Below the pieces are notes generated by a model, which made no database searches, was not told where the DNA came from, and worked only from the letters and a program-made list of their open reading frames with translations. 64,000 nucleotides of DNA from a virus (Duplodnaviria > Heunggongvirae > Uroviricota > Caudoviricetes): the IMG/VR virus record IMGVR_UViG_3300025769_000070. The stretch is one strand, 5' to 3'. Below are positions 1-10,363 of this stretch, in pieces (the stretch's first letter is position 1; each line of letters starts with the position of its first letter). A program made the translations under genes and the position numbers.

Positions 1-3000
1 CCGTTATTACCAACTAGTTTGTCTACAGAATTAGAAAACATAGTATAAGATTCTGAACTATTTCCAAGTCCACCAACAGACCCACCATCTGCGTAATATC
101 CAACTCTTCCGCCTTTATTATACCCCTTAATCGAATTCAATCTGTTTAAATTATTTGTTCCTATAGCTTCTGCCGACTTTTTATTAATAACATATTCACC
201 ACGAGTTAACATAGCCGGATTAGCATCAACTCCCGGAACTCCACCAACTGGACCTCCGTTATTTAAATAATCTGCCGGGTTTATATGGTCTTTACCTAAA
301 GATGGCGGATTACTTTGGAATCCATAATCTAAGAAGTTCGCCCTTATTTTTGACAAATTCTTTTTAAAGTATGAGATATTTTTAGCATCTCTAGCACCTT
401 CTACATCTTTAATTTGACCGTTTTTAGCCCATAAGAAGAACAGTTTTTCGTCTTGACTTAAAACGCTAAGTTTGGGATTCTTAGTAAAGTTCCCACTCAA
501 TGTTAGAGAATCGGAAATAGGATTTCCAGTTAGAATAAGCTGTGCTTCACTCTCTTTGAACATACTGAGTTTAGATCCAGAAATCTTAGTTGGATTCACG
601 CCAGCATCTTTATAAGCCTTAATATAAGGTAGTGCGTCTGAACCCAAATTAGACTTTAAAAACTTAGCTAAGTTGGGAGCATTAAATGCTTGTTTTATAT
701 TGTAAATTTCTTGAGGACTAGATGGATAGTTCGATGAACCGGAGATCGATGGCTCATTCAGAATGGCTTCAGCTTTTTTAGCTTTGTTAGCTTTAAGTCT
801 TTCTTGGTTAGCCTTTCTTCGTTTAGCCCTTGCTTCTTCTTTTGCTTTTTGTTCAGCTTTAAGTTTTGCCGCCTTTTCGTTGGCGAGATCAGTTTCGCTT
901 TGCGGGCCAAAAACTACCCCTTCTGCTTTGTCTTTATTTAATCGACGATTTACTTCTTCGTTAATAGATCCTAAAAGTAATGCATCTTGGCGAGGATCTG
1001 GCCCATTTCCTAAGTTAGCTTGTAATGCATCTTGTTGAGCTTTTTGAGATTCGGTTTTGTTTTTAGACGCAGAATTGTATTCGTTTATTGCGGCGAATTC
1101 GGCTGCGGCTATTCCGCCACGTCTATCCGTTCTTCGATCTATTGAACCAGATACCGGGGCTTGTTCAAACTGTTTTTGTCTGTCTGTTGCATAATTCCTC
1201 GCTGCATCTTGAGCTTGAGCAGTTTGCTTGGCTTTTTCTTCCATTGCCCGCCCTGCTTCAGTTTGTCCCGGAGCTAATCTTCTCCGCCCCACTTCAGTTT
1301 GGCCTGGAGCTAATCTAAGTTTTTCTTCGTCTACAGGACCACCCGTAGCATAATTCCCCGCATTAATAGCTGATAACATTCCCGCTCCGTATTTATCAAC
1401 AGAGCTTTTCTTAATCACAAATTCACCAGGTGTCAGCATAGCTGGCACCGTATCGGTTCCTTTTGGTTGGTAGTTAACTAATTGACCAGTACTTGCGTAG
1501 ATTGGTCCACCAGTACTTTTTGGGGTAGCGGCTAATACATCCGCATCTAATTTCTTAGCAATGGTTCTAAGTAAATCATTACGAATTTCGTCTACAGTTA
1601 AATTATTCTCTATCTGTTTTAGTATCTTTTCTTCCGTAGGAACCATATCCGCCAAGACTTCATCGATTTGACTTTCGTTAAACCCTTGATTTCTTAAGAA
1701 GTTTCCGGTAAGATTCTTAATGACTTCTGCACCAGTTCTTCCACCAAAGACAGGAAGTTTTTCAAACCTTTTAAGAAGAGATAGGACATCTGCTCTTTTT
1801 TCTTCCGGTATAACTTCTGCCGATCCAGACTGAACAGCTAATTTGGTAAGTCCTAATGTCTGTTGGAAATTAAATCTAGATTCTTTTGTTCCAAAAGCTA
1901 ATTCTGTAGCTAATTCGCCCTTCTGCCTTCTCCCTTCTCTAGACTCATCTAATTTCTTTTGGAGAATAGCAGTCTCTTGTGTAGTATCAGACAAGAGTTG
2001 CATAGAATTTTCTAATTTATCCGCCTCTAATCCTAAGTCTTGAAGGGCACTTCTGGCAGATTTTTGCTGTTCTAGATTAAGTCTACCACTATTAATATTC
2101 TGTTGAAGTAGTTTTTGAGCATTTTTATTAATAGCAAGTTCGTTAGCAACTAAAGAAACATCTTTTGCAGCATTACCAGTTAAACTACCGCCTAAACCAG
2201 TACCGGCAAGTGCATTTCTACCACGAGCGGTTCTATCTACACCGGCTTGAAACAGAGAAGGATCGTCTCCACGGATTTCCGCTATCTTATTCTTAATATC
2301 CTGTTCTAATTTAAGAGACTCGACTCTACGATCATATATTCTTTGTTCTATAGTATTTCGTTTTTCCAATAACTCGCTATAGTTATCTAAAGACTCATTA
2401 ATCTGCTGACGACCTCTTTCCAGGGTTTCAGCAAATGGCCCAATAGCATCTTCGATAAGTTTCTTCTCCAAGGCTTTAGCCGCCGCAGGATCACCTTTAA
2501 AATCACTTTCAGAAATTTCTTTTTGAATTTGTGTTATCTGTTCATCACTAATTATTCCAGAAAGTCTTTTACGAATATCTCCAGAAACTTTTTGTAAATC
2601 TCCACCAGCTAAACTTTGAGCGAACCCATTAAATGCTCCGAGAACTCCCTGTATTTGATTAGCTTGATTAGCAAAGTCTGGACCTAAACGAGAAACTGCC
2701 CTAAGTCCCTCAGCGAATTTTGCTGTACCAGAACTATCAAAATCAGTCAGATTTGATCCGATTTCTTTTTTACCAACACTTCCGCTTATTGCAAAATCTA
2801 AATTAGCTAGACTATCTTTTTGTCTAGATAAAGCAGCATCAAAAGCTTCGAGAGAAGCATTAAGCCTAACTTGTATAGATAGTTGGGCTAGAAAAATAGA
2901 AATACTACGTTGTCTAGCCGCATTCTCCGAAGCTATAGCCGCAATAGCCGCTTGATTCACTTGAATCATCTGGTTCCAAATAGATTCGGCTTCACCCGGA

Positions 3001-6000
3001 GGAAGTGTGGCTTTAAACGCTTTTGCCAATTCCGGAGAGTCTTGAGCTAATTTTTGCAGAGATATGCCTTGTGCATTTGCTGCTTCTGCTAACTGATCAA
3101 ACGCATCTTTAACCTGCTGATCTGCCTGAGCAATAATTTCTGCTCTATTAGGAGCATCTTTGGATAATTGTATAGCCGCATCTTTTTGTGCTTTGGTTGC
3201 TTGTGCAAGTTTATTGGCTTCAGATGCAAATCCAGCAAAATTAGTTTTTGGATCTAAGTCTCTAGATGCATTTCTAAATTGGACGCCAATACCATCCAAA
3301 GCTTTTTGAATATTAGTAGTTTTGGCTTGTTCAACTCTCTTTTTCTCATTTTTGGCTAATGCTTCACTATATGTTTCCATTTGTCCAAAAAAACCAGTCA
3401 TATTAGCAAGACTAATAGCACCATCATAAATAGAAGTCTTTAATGATGATGCATATGTTGCCAATGTTCCAGCTATTGCTCCAACACCAGCACCAATTGC
3501 TGTTCCAACAACTGGTACAATAGTACCTATTGCTGCACCTGTGGCTGCCGCTCCTAAAATTATTGTTTTGTTTAATTTTGCTTCTGATTCTTGTCTAGCA
3601 GCAAGTGCTGCTTCTTGCACATCACCATTTTGTGCCGCAGACTCTGCTAAATTACCAAAAGAACCTATTATCTGATTTAAAATAGAATCTAATGACCCTA
3701 CAATAGCTGCTGTTGCAACTAAAGGATCTATTTTTGAAGCGACTGATGTTAAGCCTTTTTTAACACCCCTAGTAGCACCTTTAACAGATAGAAATCCTTT
3801 ACTAGCTTCAGTTTGTGCGTCTAGTTGTTTTTGCCTCTTTCTACTAGATTCTGATAAATCCCTTTGGTTTTGAACTAATTGATCATAAACCTGAGTAAGA
3901 GTATCTACAGATTGATTTTGTTTTCTTATAGCTTCTGCTGAATCTTTGACTTCCGCTAAATAAGCTTTTATTGCATCATTAGATGCTGTTGTAGCTTTTA
4001 TTTGATTGCCAACTTTTTTTCCAAACTTTCTTTGAAGATCTGTCGTCGCTCTTATAACCTCTGCGTTATTTGAGTAAGACCTAAGTAACTCTTTTGTTTT
4101 ACTGTCAAGTTTTTCTAATTTTGGCCCAGACGGACCAGCATAGCTCACTTGATTTTGTCCAGCAATTTCTCCTACAACCTGGCCTCTTCTACTACTACCT
4201 TTTTCTCCAGACGGATCACCTCCAATGAACTCAAAATCTTTTTGTAACACTTCAGCGGCTTGAGAAGCGTCTACTATTCTAGTTTGAAACGCATCAATTT
4301 TTTCCGCACCTTCTCTTAGGTTAATATCTAACATAAGACCAGCCTCAAAAAGCTTTTGTCTTACTGCTATAGACTTTTGATCTATACCTATAAGTTCTTT
4401 AAGTACAGAATTAGATTTACCCAATCCATCCTGAAACTGTTTAAAAGAACCCGATATCTGTTTAAGAGAAAATAATAAAACCCCAAATTCAGCAACGGCG
4501 GAAGTAATAAAACCAAATCCTCCAACTTCCCCACCGTCTGCAAATTTTTGAACACCTACAGGACCGCCCTTAGCATACTTATTTATCTTTTTAAGATTGC
4601 CATAACCATATGATTCAGCAGATTTTTTATTGATTACAAATTCGCCGGGGGTTAATAAGGCCGGGACGGTATCTGTTCCTACAGACCCGCCTTTCGCAAA
4701 TTTCGCTATATCTACACCACCATATTGCGTTTTGTCTTTATCTTTTCCGATTGAATATTTTTTAACAACAGCGGCCATAGATGATGGTTCATTAGTAAAA
4801 TAAGCACCAATATTGATATTGTCTTTATACTTACCGGCCCCAATGGTTTTAGCTAAGTAAGTTATAGGATTATTGCCCTTATTGTCGTTTAAAGAATAAG
4901 ATTTATTTTCTTTTAAAAATTTTGCATCACCCGGTTTTGCTGGATAGTCTAAAAATGCACCTCTACGTTTGTCTTGTCGTAATTTTCGAGAAGCGGCAAC
5001 CGCATCTTCAAATATCTCCCAAGTTTTTGTTTTGGATGGATAGTCTTTATTTTTTCTTGCGGCAGATATCATTCTAGCCATCAAAGCATTACTTTTAGTA
5101 GAGTATCTATTTGGTTCAATAACCCCTTTGTAAATTTTGTCTTCGTCTACATTAATAGTTTTGTATAAACTATTAATCTCTTTGCCAGAAGCCTCTACTC
5201 TCCCACCAATAGCATACTTATTAATATCAGCCAACTTGTCAGCACCAAACGCCTGAACAGCACTTTTGCGAATAACAAATTCCCCAGGCTCCAACATAGC
5301 TGGAACAGTATCACCATTCCCAGCACCTGGAACAGAACCTCCGCGATTAAATCCTAAAACAGTACCACCTTTAGCAAATGGTCTTTTGGTTCCTAAGCCT
5401 GGAGTAGTAAATCCAGTTTTAACCGCAGTAGAAAAAATGCCGCCTAGTTTAATAGAGCCAAGAAGGGCTATTAAAGGAATAAGGGGTTTAAGGGTGCGAG
5501 CGATCTCTAAGAATGCGTTAGCCATACTCAAAGCAATCTTAACTATCTCCTTAAAGCTCTGAGTTTGACTAATCTCACGAATTAATGCAGCAAAGTTTTG
5601 ACGAGTTCTCTCAATTGCCTGTGCTGTAGTCTCCTGTGCTTTAGCAACATCTTTATCTAACGAAACCCCACCAGCTAAAGCAACCTGTCTAGCTTCTTCT
5701 GCTTTTTTGAACTGTCCAAGCAATGGAATCACACGAGACACCTGGCGAATACCACCAAGCTGTTCTACGACCTCAGCAAACTTAATCTGCCCCGCTTTAA
5801 TTCCCGCTCTGTCCAATCCCTCACTTAATCTTTTAACAGCCTCAAAAGCACCAACGAAATTACCCTGACCATCTTCAAGTTGAATGTTTAATTCTTTAAA
5901 ATAGTCGATAACTTTTGGACGTTGTAATCTAGCGAAAATTGTACGAAAACCAGTAGAGATGGTCTCGGCGGATTCACGAGTGGTACTTCTAACAGCAGTG

Positions 6001-6746
6001 AAGAGAGAAATGAACTCATTAAATGTACCATTAGCGGCTTTAAAAGCACCACCACCACGACGCACTGCTTCAATGATATCACTAGACTCAACAGCAAATT
6101 TCTTAGATACGGCATTAATTGCACCTAATTGTGACTCTAATGACCCAACGCCTTCTTCAAATTGAGCGATGATAGCAACAGCACCTTCTGCCGTTTGAGC
6201 TATATTATCAAAAGTAGAAGCTAGAGTCGTTTTGGCTAATGAATTTAAAGCTATCTGGGTCTCTCTAGCAGTCAAACCAGACTGTGCTAAGACCACACTA
6301 GTTTTAGCAATAACATTAGCTGATAAGCCATACTGTTGAGATAATTCAGATATTTTATTACTCAAGCCTTCTAAGTTTTTGACATTAGTATCAAACACCT
6401 GGGCGAGTTTAACAAATTCTCTTTCAAACTTAATAGCATCTCTAGTTGCTCTAGATAAAGCTATACTAATTCTACCTAAAATTGCTACTGCTGAAGTATA
6501 AGCGGCGAAGTTTCGTCCAGCTATGCCAATAGCGTCACCAAAATCCTTAGTGTCTTTAGTAGATTTTTTAGTACTGGCACTAATTGCATTAAGCTGTTTA
6601 TTAGCAGTAGCCGCATTATTCAATTGGACATTGGCTTGAATATTCCCAAGTCCAGCTTGAATCTGTTGTCTCAAGGCTGAAACATTGCCGCCAGTTGGTG
6701 GAGTTAGTATTACCTGAAAAGTAAGGCCATTTGGCAATGATGACAT
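1..6746 (-). CDS. tail tape measure protein (3' end beyond window; >2,240 aa)
   Basis: Single uninterrupted minus-strand frame across 6.7 kb, with only short shadow ORFs in other frames. ATG at 6744-6746 is preceded by a GGAG SD. N-terminus reads MSSLPNGLTFQV.... Long Ala/Gln/Lys-rich coiled-coil stretches typical of tape-measure proteins. Four copies of a (G)TDTVPAMLTPGEFVI module. Lies at the distal end of the tail gene string. Confidence 0.8.
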   Translation of the reverse strand, partial: MSSLPNGLTFQVILTPPTGGNVSALRQQIQAGLGNIQANVQLNNAATANKQLNAISASTKKSTKDTKDFGDAIGIAGRNFAAYTSAVAILGRISIALSRATRDAIKFEREFVKLAQVFDTNVKNLEGLSNKISELSQQYGLSANVIAKTSVVLAQSGLTARETQIALNSLAKTTLASTFDNIAQTAEGAVAIIAQFEEGVGSLESQLGAINAVSKKFAVESSDIIEAVRRGGGAFKAANGTFNEFISLFTAVRSTTRESAETISTGFRTIFARLQRPKVIDYFKELNIQLEDGQGNFVGAFEAVKRLSEGLDRAGIKAGQIKFAEVVEQLGGIRQVSRVIPLLGQFKKAEEARQVALAGGVSLDKDVAKAQETTAQAIERTRQNFAALIREISQTQSFKEIVKIALSMANAFLEIARTLKPLIPLIALLGSIKLGGIFSTAVKTGFTTPGLGTKRPFAKGGTVLGFNRGGSVPGAGNGDTVPAMLEPGEFVIRKSAVQAFGADKLADINKYAIGGRVEASGKEINSLYKTINVDEDKIYKGVIEPNRYSTKSNALMARMISAARKNKDYPSKTKTWEIFEDAVAASRKLRQDKRRGAFLDYPAKPGDAKFLKENKSYSLNDNKGNNPITYLAKTIGAGKYKDNINIGAYFTNEPSSMAAVVKKYSIGKDKDKTQYGGVDIAKFAKGGSVGTDTVPALLTPGEFVINKKSAESYGYGNLKKINKYAKGGPVGVQKFADGGEVGGFGFITSAVAEFGVLLFSLKQISGSFKQFQDGLGKSNSVLKELIGIDQKSIAVRQKLFEAGLMLDINLREGAEKIDAFQTRIVDASQAAEVLQKDFEFIGGDPSGEKGSSRRGQVVGEIAGQNQVSYAGPSGPKLEKLDSKTKELLRSYSNNAEVIRATTDLQRKFGKKVGNQIKATTASNDAIKAYLAEVKDSAEAIRKQNQSVDTLTQVYDQLVQNQRDLSESSRKRQKQLDAQTEASKGFLSVKGATRGVKKGLTSVASKIDPLVATAAIVGSLDSILNQIIGSFGNLAESAAQNGDVQEAALAARQESEAKLNKTIILGAAATGAAIGTIVPVVGTAIGAGVGAIAGTLATYASSLKTSIYDGAISLANMTGFFGQMETYSEALAKNEKKRVEQAKTTNIQKALDGIGVQFRNASRDLDPKTNFAGFASEANKLAQATKAQKDAAIQLSKDAPNRAEIIAQADQQVKDAFDQLAEAANAQGISLQKLAQDSPELAKAFKATLPPGEAESIWNQMIQVNQAAIAAIASENAARQRSISIFLAQLSIQVRLNASLEAFDAALSRQKDSLANLDFAISGSVGKKEIGSNLTDFDSSGTAKFAEGLRAVSRLGPDFANQANQIQGVLGAFNGFAQSLAGGDLQKVSGDIRKRLSGIISDEQITQIQKEISESDFKGDPAAAKALEKKLIEDAIGPFAETLERGRQQINESLDNYSELLEKRNTIEQRIYDRRVESLKLEQDIKNKIAEIRGDDPSLFQAGVDRTARGRNALAGTGLGGSLTGNAAKDVSLVANELAINKNAQKLLQQNINSGRLNLEQQKSARSALQDLGLEADKLENSMQLLSDTTQETAILQKKLDESREGRRQKGELATELAFGTKESRFNFQQTLGLTKLAVQSGSAEVIPEEKRADVLSLLKRFEKLPVFGGRTGAEVIKNLTGNFLRNQGFNESQIDEVLADMVPTEEKILKQIENNLTVDEIRNDLLRTIAKKLDADVLAATPKSTGGPIYASTGQLVNYQPKGTDTVPAMLTPGEFVIKKSSVDKYGAGMLSAINAGNYATGGPVDEEKLRLAPGQTEVGRRRLAPGQTEAGRAMEEKAKQTAQAQDAARNYATDRQKQFEQAPVSGSIDRRTDRRGGIAAAEFAAINEYNSASKNKTESQKAQQDALQANLGNGPDPRQDALLLGSINEEVNRRLNKDKAEGVVFGPQSETDLANEKAAKLKAEQKAKEEARAKRRKANQERLKANKAKKAEAILNEPSISGSSNYPSSPQEIYNIKQAFNAPNLAKFLKSNLGSDALPYIKAYKDAGVNPTKISGSKLSMFKESEAQLILTGNPISDSLTLSGNFTKNPKLSVLSQDEKLFFLWAKNGQIKDVEGARDAKNISYFKKNLSKIRANFLDYGFQSNPPSLGKDHINPADYLNNGGPVGGVPGVDANPAMLTRGEYVINKKSAEAIGTNNLNRLNSIKGYNKGGRVGYYADGGSVGGLGNSSESYTMFSNSVDKLVGNN

Positions 6747-6765
6747 GCTATTACTCCATAAAAAA

Positions 6766-6806
6766 AGGGCGTACCTTGATTATTAAATCTTGATACGCCC
6801 CCTTCT
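6766..6806 (-). terminator. putative rho-independent terminator (7-bp GC stem, large loop, T6 tract on minus strand)
   Basis: GGGCGTA...TACGCCC stem followed by TTTTTT on the minus strand, downstream of the gene at 6822-7670. Confidence 0.3.
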
Positions 6807-6821
6807 ATATCATTAAATTAT

Positions 6822-7670
6822 TTATTTTACTGCTGTCTTTTTCCTTTTTGGGGGTTCTTCTTCCTTAATAGTTAATACACCTAAATCATCTTCAAACTCA
6901 GCCTTTTCTACATTATCATCTTTTTCTAAAATAGGAAGTTCATTAATATTAATTCTTTTGCCATCTTCATTTAATATATATCCAAATTCATCAAGACGAT
7001 TACCGTCACGGTCTATAGGTCTTCCATCTTTATCAATTAGTTGGTTTTTATCATCTACAAAATTGAATCGTTTAAGAAATCGGTTTTCTGTTAAAGAATT
7101 TTCATATTCTGGATCAATCTCATATACAAGTTCGCCAACGTGTTTTGCTGCATCCACACTAGCCTGATCATTCGACTTTTCCTGGTAATCATCGAAATCA
7201 GTATAAAAAGGCTTTTGGGACAAGAAATCTTTAGTACAAACAAAGACTAAATACGAGAATTTTTCTGCGTCAGCTTGTCCTTCTGCTGTCAAGTGATCTA
7301 GATTTTGTCTTTCAGAAATTAGGTCTTTAAATTCTTCACGCTTATCACGCAAAGACAAAGCCATTTCTTTAGCTTCACTAATCTTAAGCTTTTCGCCTTC
7401 TGTATTTTTCCCCTTATTTAGTTGATAATCTAGAAGATTAATCTCCTTAATAACATCAACATATTCTTTTTCTTGTTTATCTGTCCAAATACCTTGATCA
7501 ATCATATACATATTAAGCTTTTTACGCAGCATAGCACCTTCTTCCAGAGCCTGCCTAAAAGCTTTCTTGTATACTTTTTCCGCTTCCAAAGACTGCTTGG
7601 TAGTTGGAGTAGAGACAACAAGCTCTATTTCTTTACCATCTTTGTCTTTAGTTGTAAATCGTTTTTCCAT
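6822..7670 (-). CDS. hypothetical Lys/Glu-rich protein (tail assembly chaperone position)
   Basis: 282-aa ORF immediately upstream of the tape measure gene. Highly charged (K/E/D-rich). No recognisable motif. Confidence 0.4.
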   Translation of the reverse strand: MEKRFTTKDKDGKEIELVVSTPTTKQSLEAEKVYKKAFRQALEEGAMLRKKLNMYMIDQGIWTDKQEKEYVDVIKEINLLDYQLNKGKNTEGEKLKISEAKEMALSLRDKREEFKDLISERQNLDHLTAEGQADAEKFSYLVFVCTKDFLSQKPFYTDFDDYQEKSNDQASVDAAKHVGELVYEIDPEYENSLTENRFLKRFNFVDDKNQLIDKDGRPIDRDGNRLDEFGYILNEDGKRININELPILEKDDNVEKAEFEDDLGVLTIKEEEPPKRKKTAVK

Positions 7671-7681
7671 CTTACTTCTCC

Positions 7682-8005
7682 TTAGTTTTTAGTGAATTTA
7701 ATAGGCGTGACCGGAATTTGATATTTATATCTATTCCAAAGTACGTCATACGTAGACAACTCAGATTCTACATTTCGTATCTGAGTATTTCCTTTATCCA
7801 GAATTTCCGATCTAAGATCATCATAAATTTTTCTTATTTCTTCTTGATCTGTAGTTAGTGGCTCTTCTGAATTATGTCCCCATAAAAAGCCAAAATGATC
7901 TTCAATGCTACTTAGAGATCCAATCATTGTGGTTTTTATTTTTTTCTCTATTGCTAAAGATAATTTCTCTTTAGACTTTTTTTTATAATGTACGTCCTTC
8001 GGCAT
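7682..8005 (-). CDS. hypothetical protein (tail assembly chaperone position)
   Basis: 107-aa ORF tightly packed (3-nt gap) with the flanking tail genes. Confidence 0.4.
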   Translation of the reverse strand: MPKDVHYKKKSKEKLSLAIEKKIKTTMIGSLSSIEDHFGFLWGHNSEEPLTTDQEEIRKIYDDLRSEILDKGNTQIRNVESELSTYDVLWNRYKYQIPVTPIKFTKN

Positions 8006-8007
8006 TA

Positions 8008-9018
8008 TTATCCCCTCTTCTTAAGGCTTTCCGAAAGTAATTTATTTGCTTGCATTTTTAATTTAGTTTGCACATGAGAAAATTCATGTTCTTCTAAAGA
8101 ACCTTTTTCTTTTAACTCTTTCTCTCTAGATTGAATAGTAGCCTTTCCTTCTTGAGTATTCATATTATAAACGTTTTTAGCATCTTCTTTATTCTTTACC
8201 ATAACGAAAACTTCGCCTGTTTTTGGCAACGCATCCTTTGCTGACTGTTTTCTTTCATCATCCCTTTTATTCCTTTGAGCAGTAAACCATCCGTCTATAG
8301 CATAATCATCTTCAATAATTTCATCAGAAGGCATATCTGGAGATTCATATATACTATCATAAACTCTAGACCAATTTATCAACGACTTTTGCATATCGGT
8401 AAAATCACAAGCTGGAAAAGAGAAAAGGGCATTCCCGGTTTTTTTGGAGTTCCATATCAATCTCCATTCATGACTCTTGCTTACACGTCTAATCTCTTTA
8501 TCGTCTAACAATTCTTCATTATATTTTGAATAAATAAATTGAGGATTAAAATAATCTTTATCTAGTTTATTTCCGTATTGGTCAGTAGTGCATTCTTGAA
8601 TGATAAACATTGTATATGCATGGGTTTTTAGGCTTTCACATGTATAATTGAATAAACCATACTTAATACGCTGTAAATCTTCAAAGACAGACCCTAGCTC
8701 TTTAATAGCCTTTTTTGTTTTTTCTTTTTTCTCTGTTCTGAAAAAATTATTAAAGTAATCCACCTTCATAGCTTCTAATTGCTTAGGTATCTCAATTAGC
8801 ATAGTCTCTTGTTCATCAGTCCACCATTCATTTTTAATTATAAGATCTTCTAATTCTTCTTGAAGGAATACATTATCTTGAAAAGCCTCTTCATAAATCT
8901 GTTGAGCAAAAGAATCAGCCAGATACCTAGTTTGGGCATCTGGCTGATTTACAATTATCAATTGATCACGTAATTTTACAATGATTTTTCCAGAAAGTAT
9001 CTTATTTAATTCCTTCAT
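8008..9018 (-). CDS. hypothetical acidic protein
   Basis: 336-aa ORF in the tail module; E/D/K-rich; no motif recognised. Confidence 0.4.
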   Translation of the reverse strand: MKELNKILSGKIIVKLRDQLIIVNQPDAQTRYLADSFAQQIYEEAFQDNVFLQEELEDLIIKNEWWTDEQETMLIEIPKQLEAMKVDYFNNFFRTEKKEKTKKAIKELGSVFEDLQRIKYGLFNYTCESLKTHAYTMFIIQECTTDQYGNKLDKDYFNPQFIYSKYNEELLDDKEIRRVSKSHEWRLIWNSKKTGNALFSFPACDFTDMQKSLINWSRVYDSIYESPDMPSDEIIEDDYAIDGWFTAQRNKRDDERKQSAKDALPKTGEVFVMVKNKEDAKNVYNMNTQEGKATIQSREKELKEKGSLEEHEFSHVQTKLKMQANKLLSESLKKRG

Positions 9019-9097
9019 CTAGTCCCTAATCTGTTTGTACTCCGATAAAAGTGTCGAAGAAAACACCCGCCATAGCCGAAACTAATCTAGATTATGA

Positions 9098-10339
9098 TTA
9101 GAATTTATTACTCCAATAAGTACCGCCTACTCGAATAGGGTCTCCGCTATGGAGAATCACGAAATCATTAAAGTTAGAGAAGTTGTAAGTAATACTGGCA
9201 TTTCCTCCACCAGCGTCACCACCACCATAGGTAATAGAAGATATTTTATTCTTTTTACCAAGATGAATAACTGTTGAATCTTTAAGAGCAATACAGATTT
9301 CGTGATTATTCAAATTAGTTCGATTAGTTTCCACAGCGTCTACATTATCTCCAGCAATAGCAATAACTTCTATAGCAGAAGTAACTTCAGTTGGAAATGA
9401 TACATATCGATTATAAGGAATTTTTGTTCCAAGCTGATTAATGGATTCACGACCAAGATCTACAGAACAATTAAAAGATTGAATATGGGCTACATTAGTA
9501 TTCAAACGACCAGCGGAAGTTGGTGCTGTACTAGCCCAAACAGTTCCAGAGATAGTACCGTCTGCCTGAACCCCTTCAATAACAGATGGGAGTATTGTAG
9601 TGTATCTTTCAGAGGCGGAACTTCCACCAGTTACATCACCAGACGTTACAACGTCTTCGCGACGAAGAACATGTCCTGTGCTATAGTTAGGTGCATCATC
9701 ACCAAAAATTGAAGCAAAACCAGAACTGACCCCTCCAGATCCATTAATCAATACCAATTGACCATCAGCATCATCAGTAAGCCACTTTTTGTTATTACCA
9801 ACGAATGATACATCTTCAGTACAGTTTCCATCTGTAGGAATAGTATAGCTAATACTAGACACATACATACCGGAATTGTAGAGTTCAGAGACAGCACTAT
9901 CGCCAGATGTAACAGCTTCTTCTGTAGTAGCATTAATAACCATACGCATATCGGCACGGGTATCTGCTCTATTAGACAAAGTAGTAGATGTCCCAGATAT
10001 AGGATTACCATTTCCATCATACGATGAACCTAGATGGTAAATCAAAGGATATCCATCTAAAACCTTTTGCATCGAAACAGCAATTTCGGGGATATCTTCA
10101 ATGTTCTCATATAGAGACAATTGACCTAACTCAAATGCCTGTTCAAGGTTAAAGTTAGTATCAACACCGACACTTTGAACACCATGAACAATTGTGCTAG
10201 CACCTGTTTGAACTCCTCCTCCAGTTACCCATCCGTCAACTGGAGCACTAGTATTACCAATAGCCCCCAGCGTAACAGCTTGAGTGGCATAAAAAACTCT
10301 TGTATTACTATTTGAAAAACTTGCCATAATTATCTCCAA
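9098..10339 (-). CDS. putative major tail structural protein (tube/sheath-like)
   Basis: 413-aa ORF rich in G/S/T/V. N-terminus reads ...VFYATQAVTLGAIGNTS...VHGVQSVGVDTNFNLEQ. Sits between fibre/baseplate genes and the chaperone-like genes. Assignment is by position only. Confidence 0.35.
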   Translation of the reverse strand: MEIIMASFSNSNTRVFYATQAVTLGAIGNTSAPVDGWVTGGGVQTGASTIVHGVQSVGVDTNFNLEQAFELGQLSLYENIEDIPEIAVSMQKVLDGYPLIYHLGSSYDGNGNPISGTSTTLSNRADTRADMRMVINATTEEAVTSGDSAVSELYNSGMYVSSISYTIPTDGNCTEDVSFVGNNKKWLTDDADGQLVLINGSGGVSSGFASIFGDDAPNYSTGHVLRREDVVTSGDVTGGSSASERYTTILPSVIEGVQADGTISGTVWASTAPTSAGRLNTNVAHIQSFNCSVDLGRESINQLGTKIPYNRYVSFPTEVTSAIEVIAIAGDNVDAVETNRTNLNNHEICIALKDSTVIHLGKKNKISSITYGGGDAGGGNASITYNFSNFNDFVILHSGDPIRVGGTYWSNKF

Positions 10340-10363
10340 GGAAAAATGTTGTATTGCAATTTA

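Noticed and set aside
763-6165. Plus-strand ORFs inside the tape-measure region (763-1038, 1088-1318, 1843-2043, 5266-5562, 5959-6165) and minus 5888-6124
   Set aside because: These are short, low-complexity shadows antisense or out of frame to the single long minus-strand TMP frame. No SD or start context is present.
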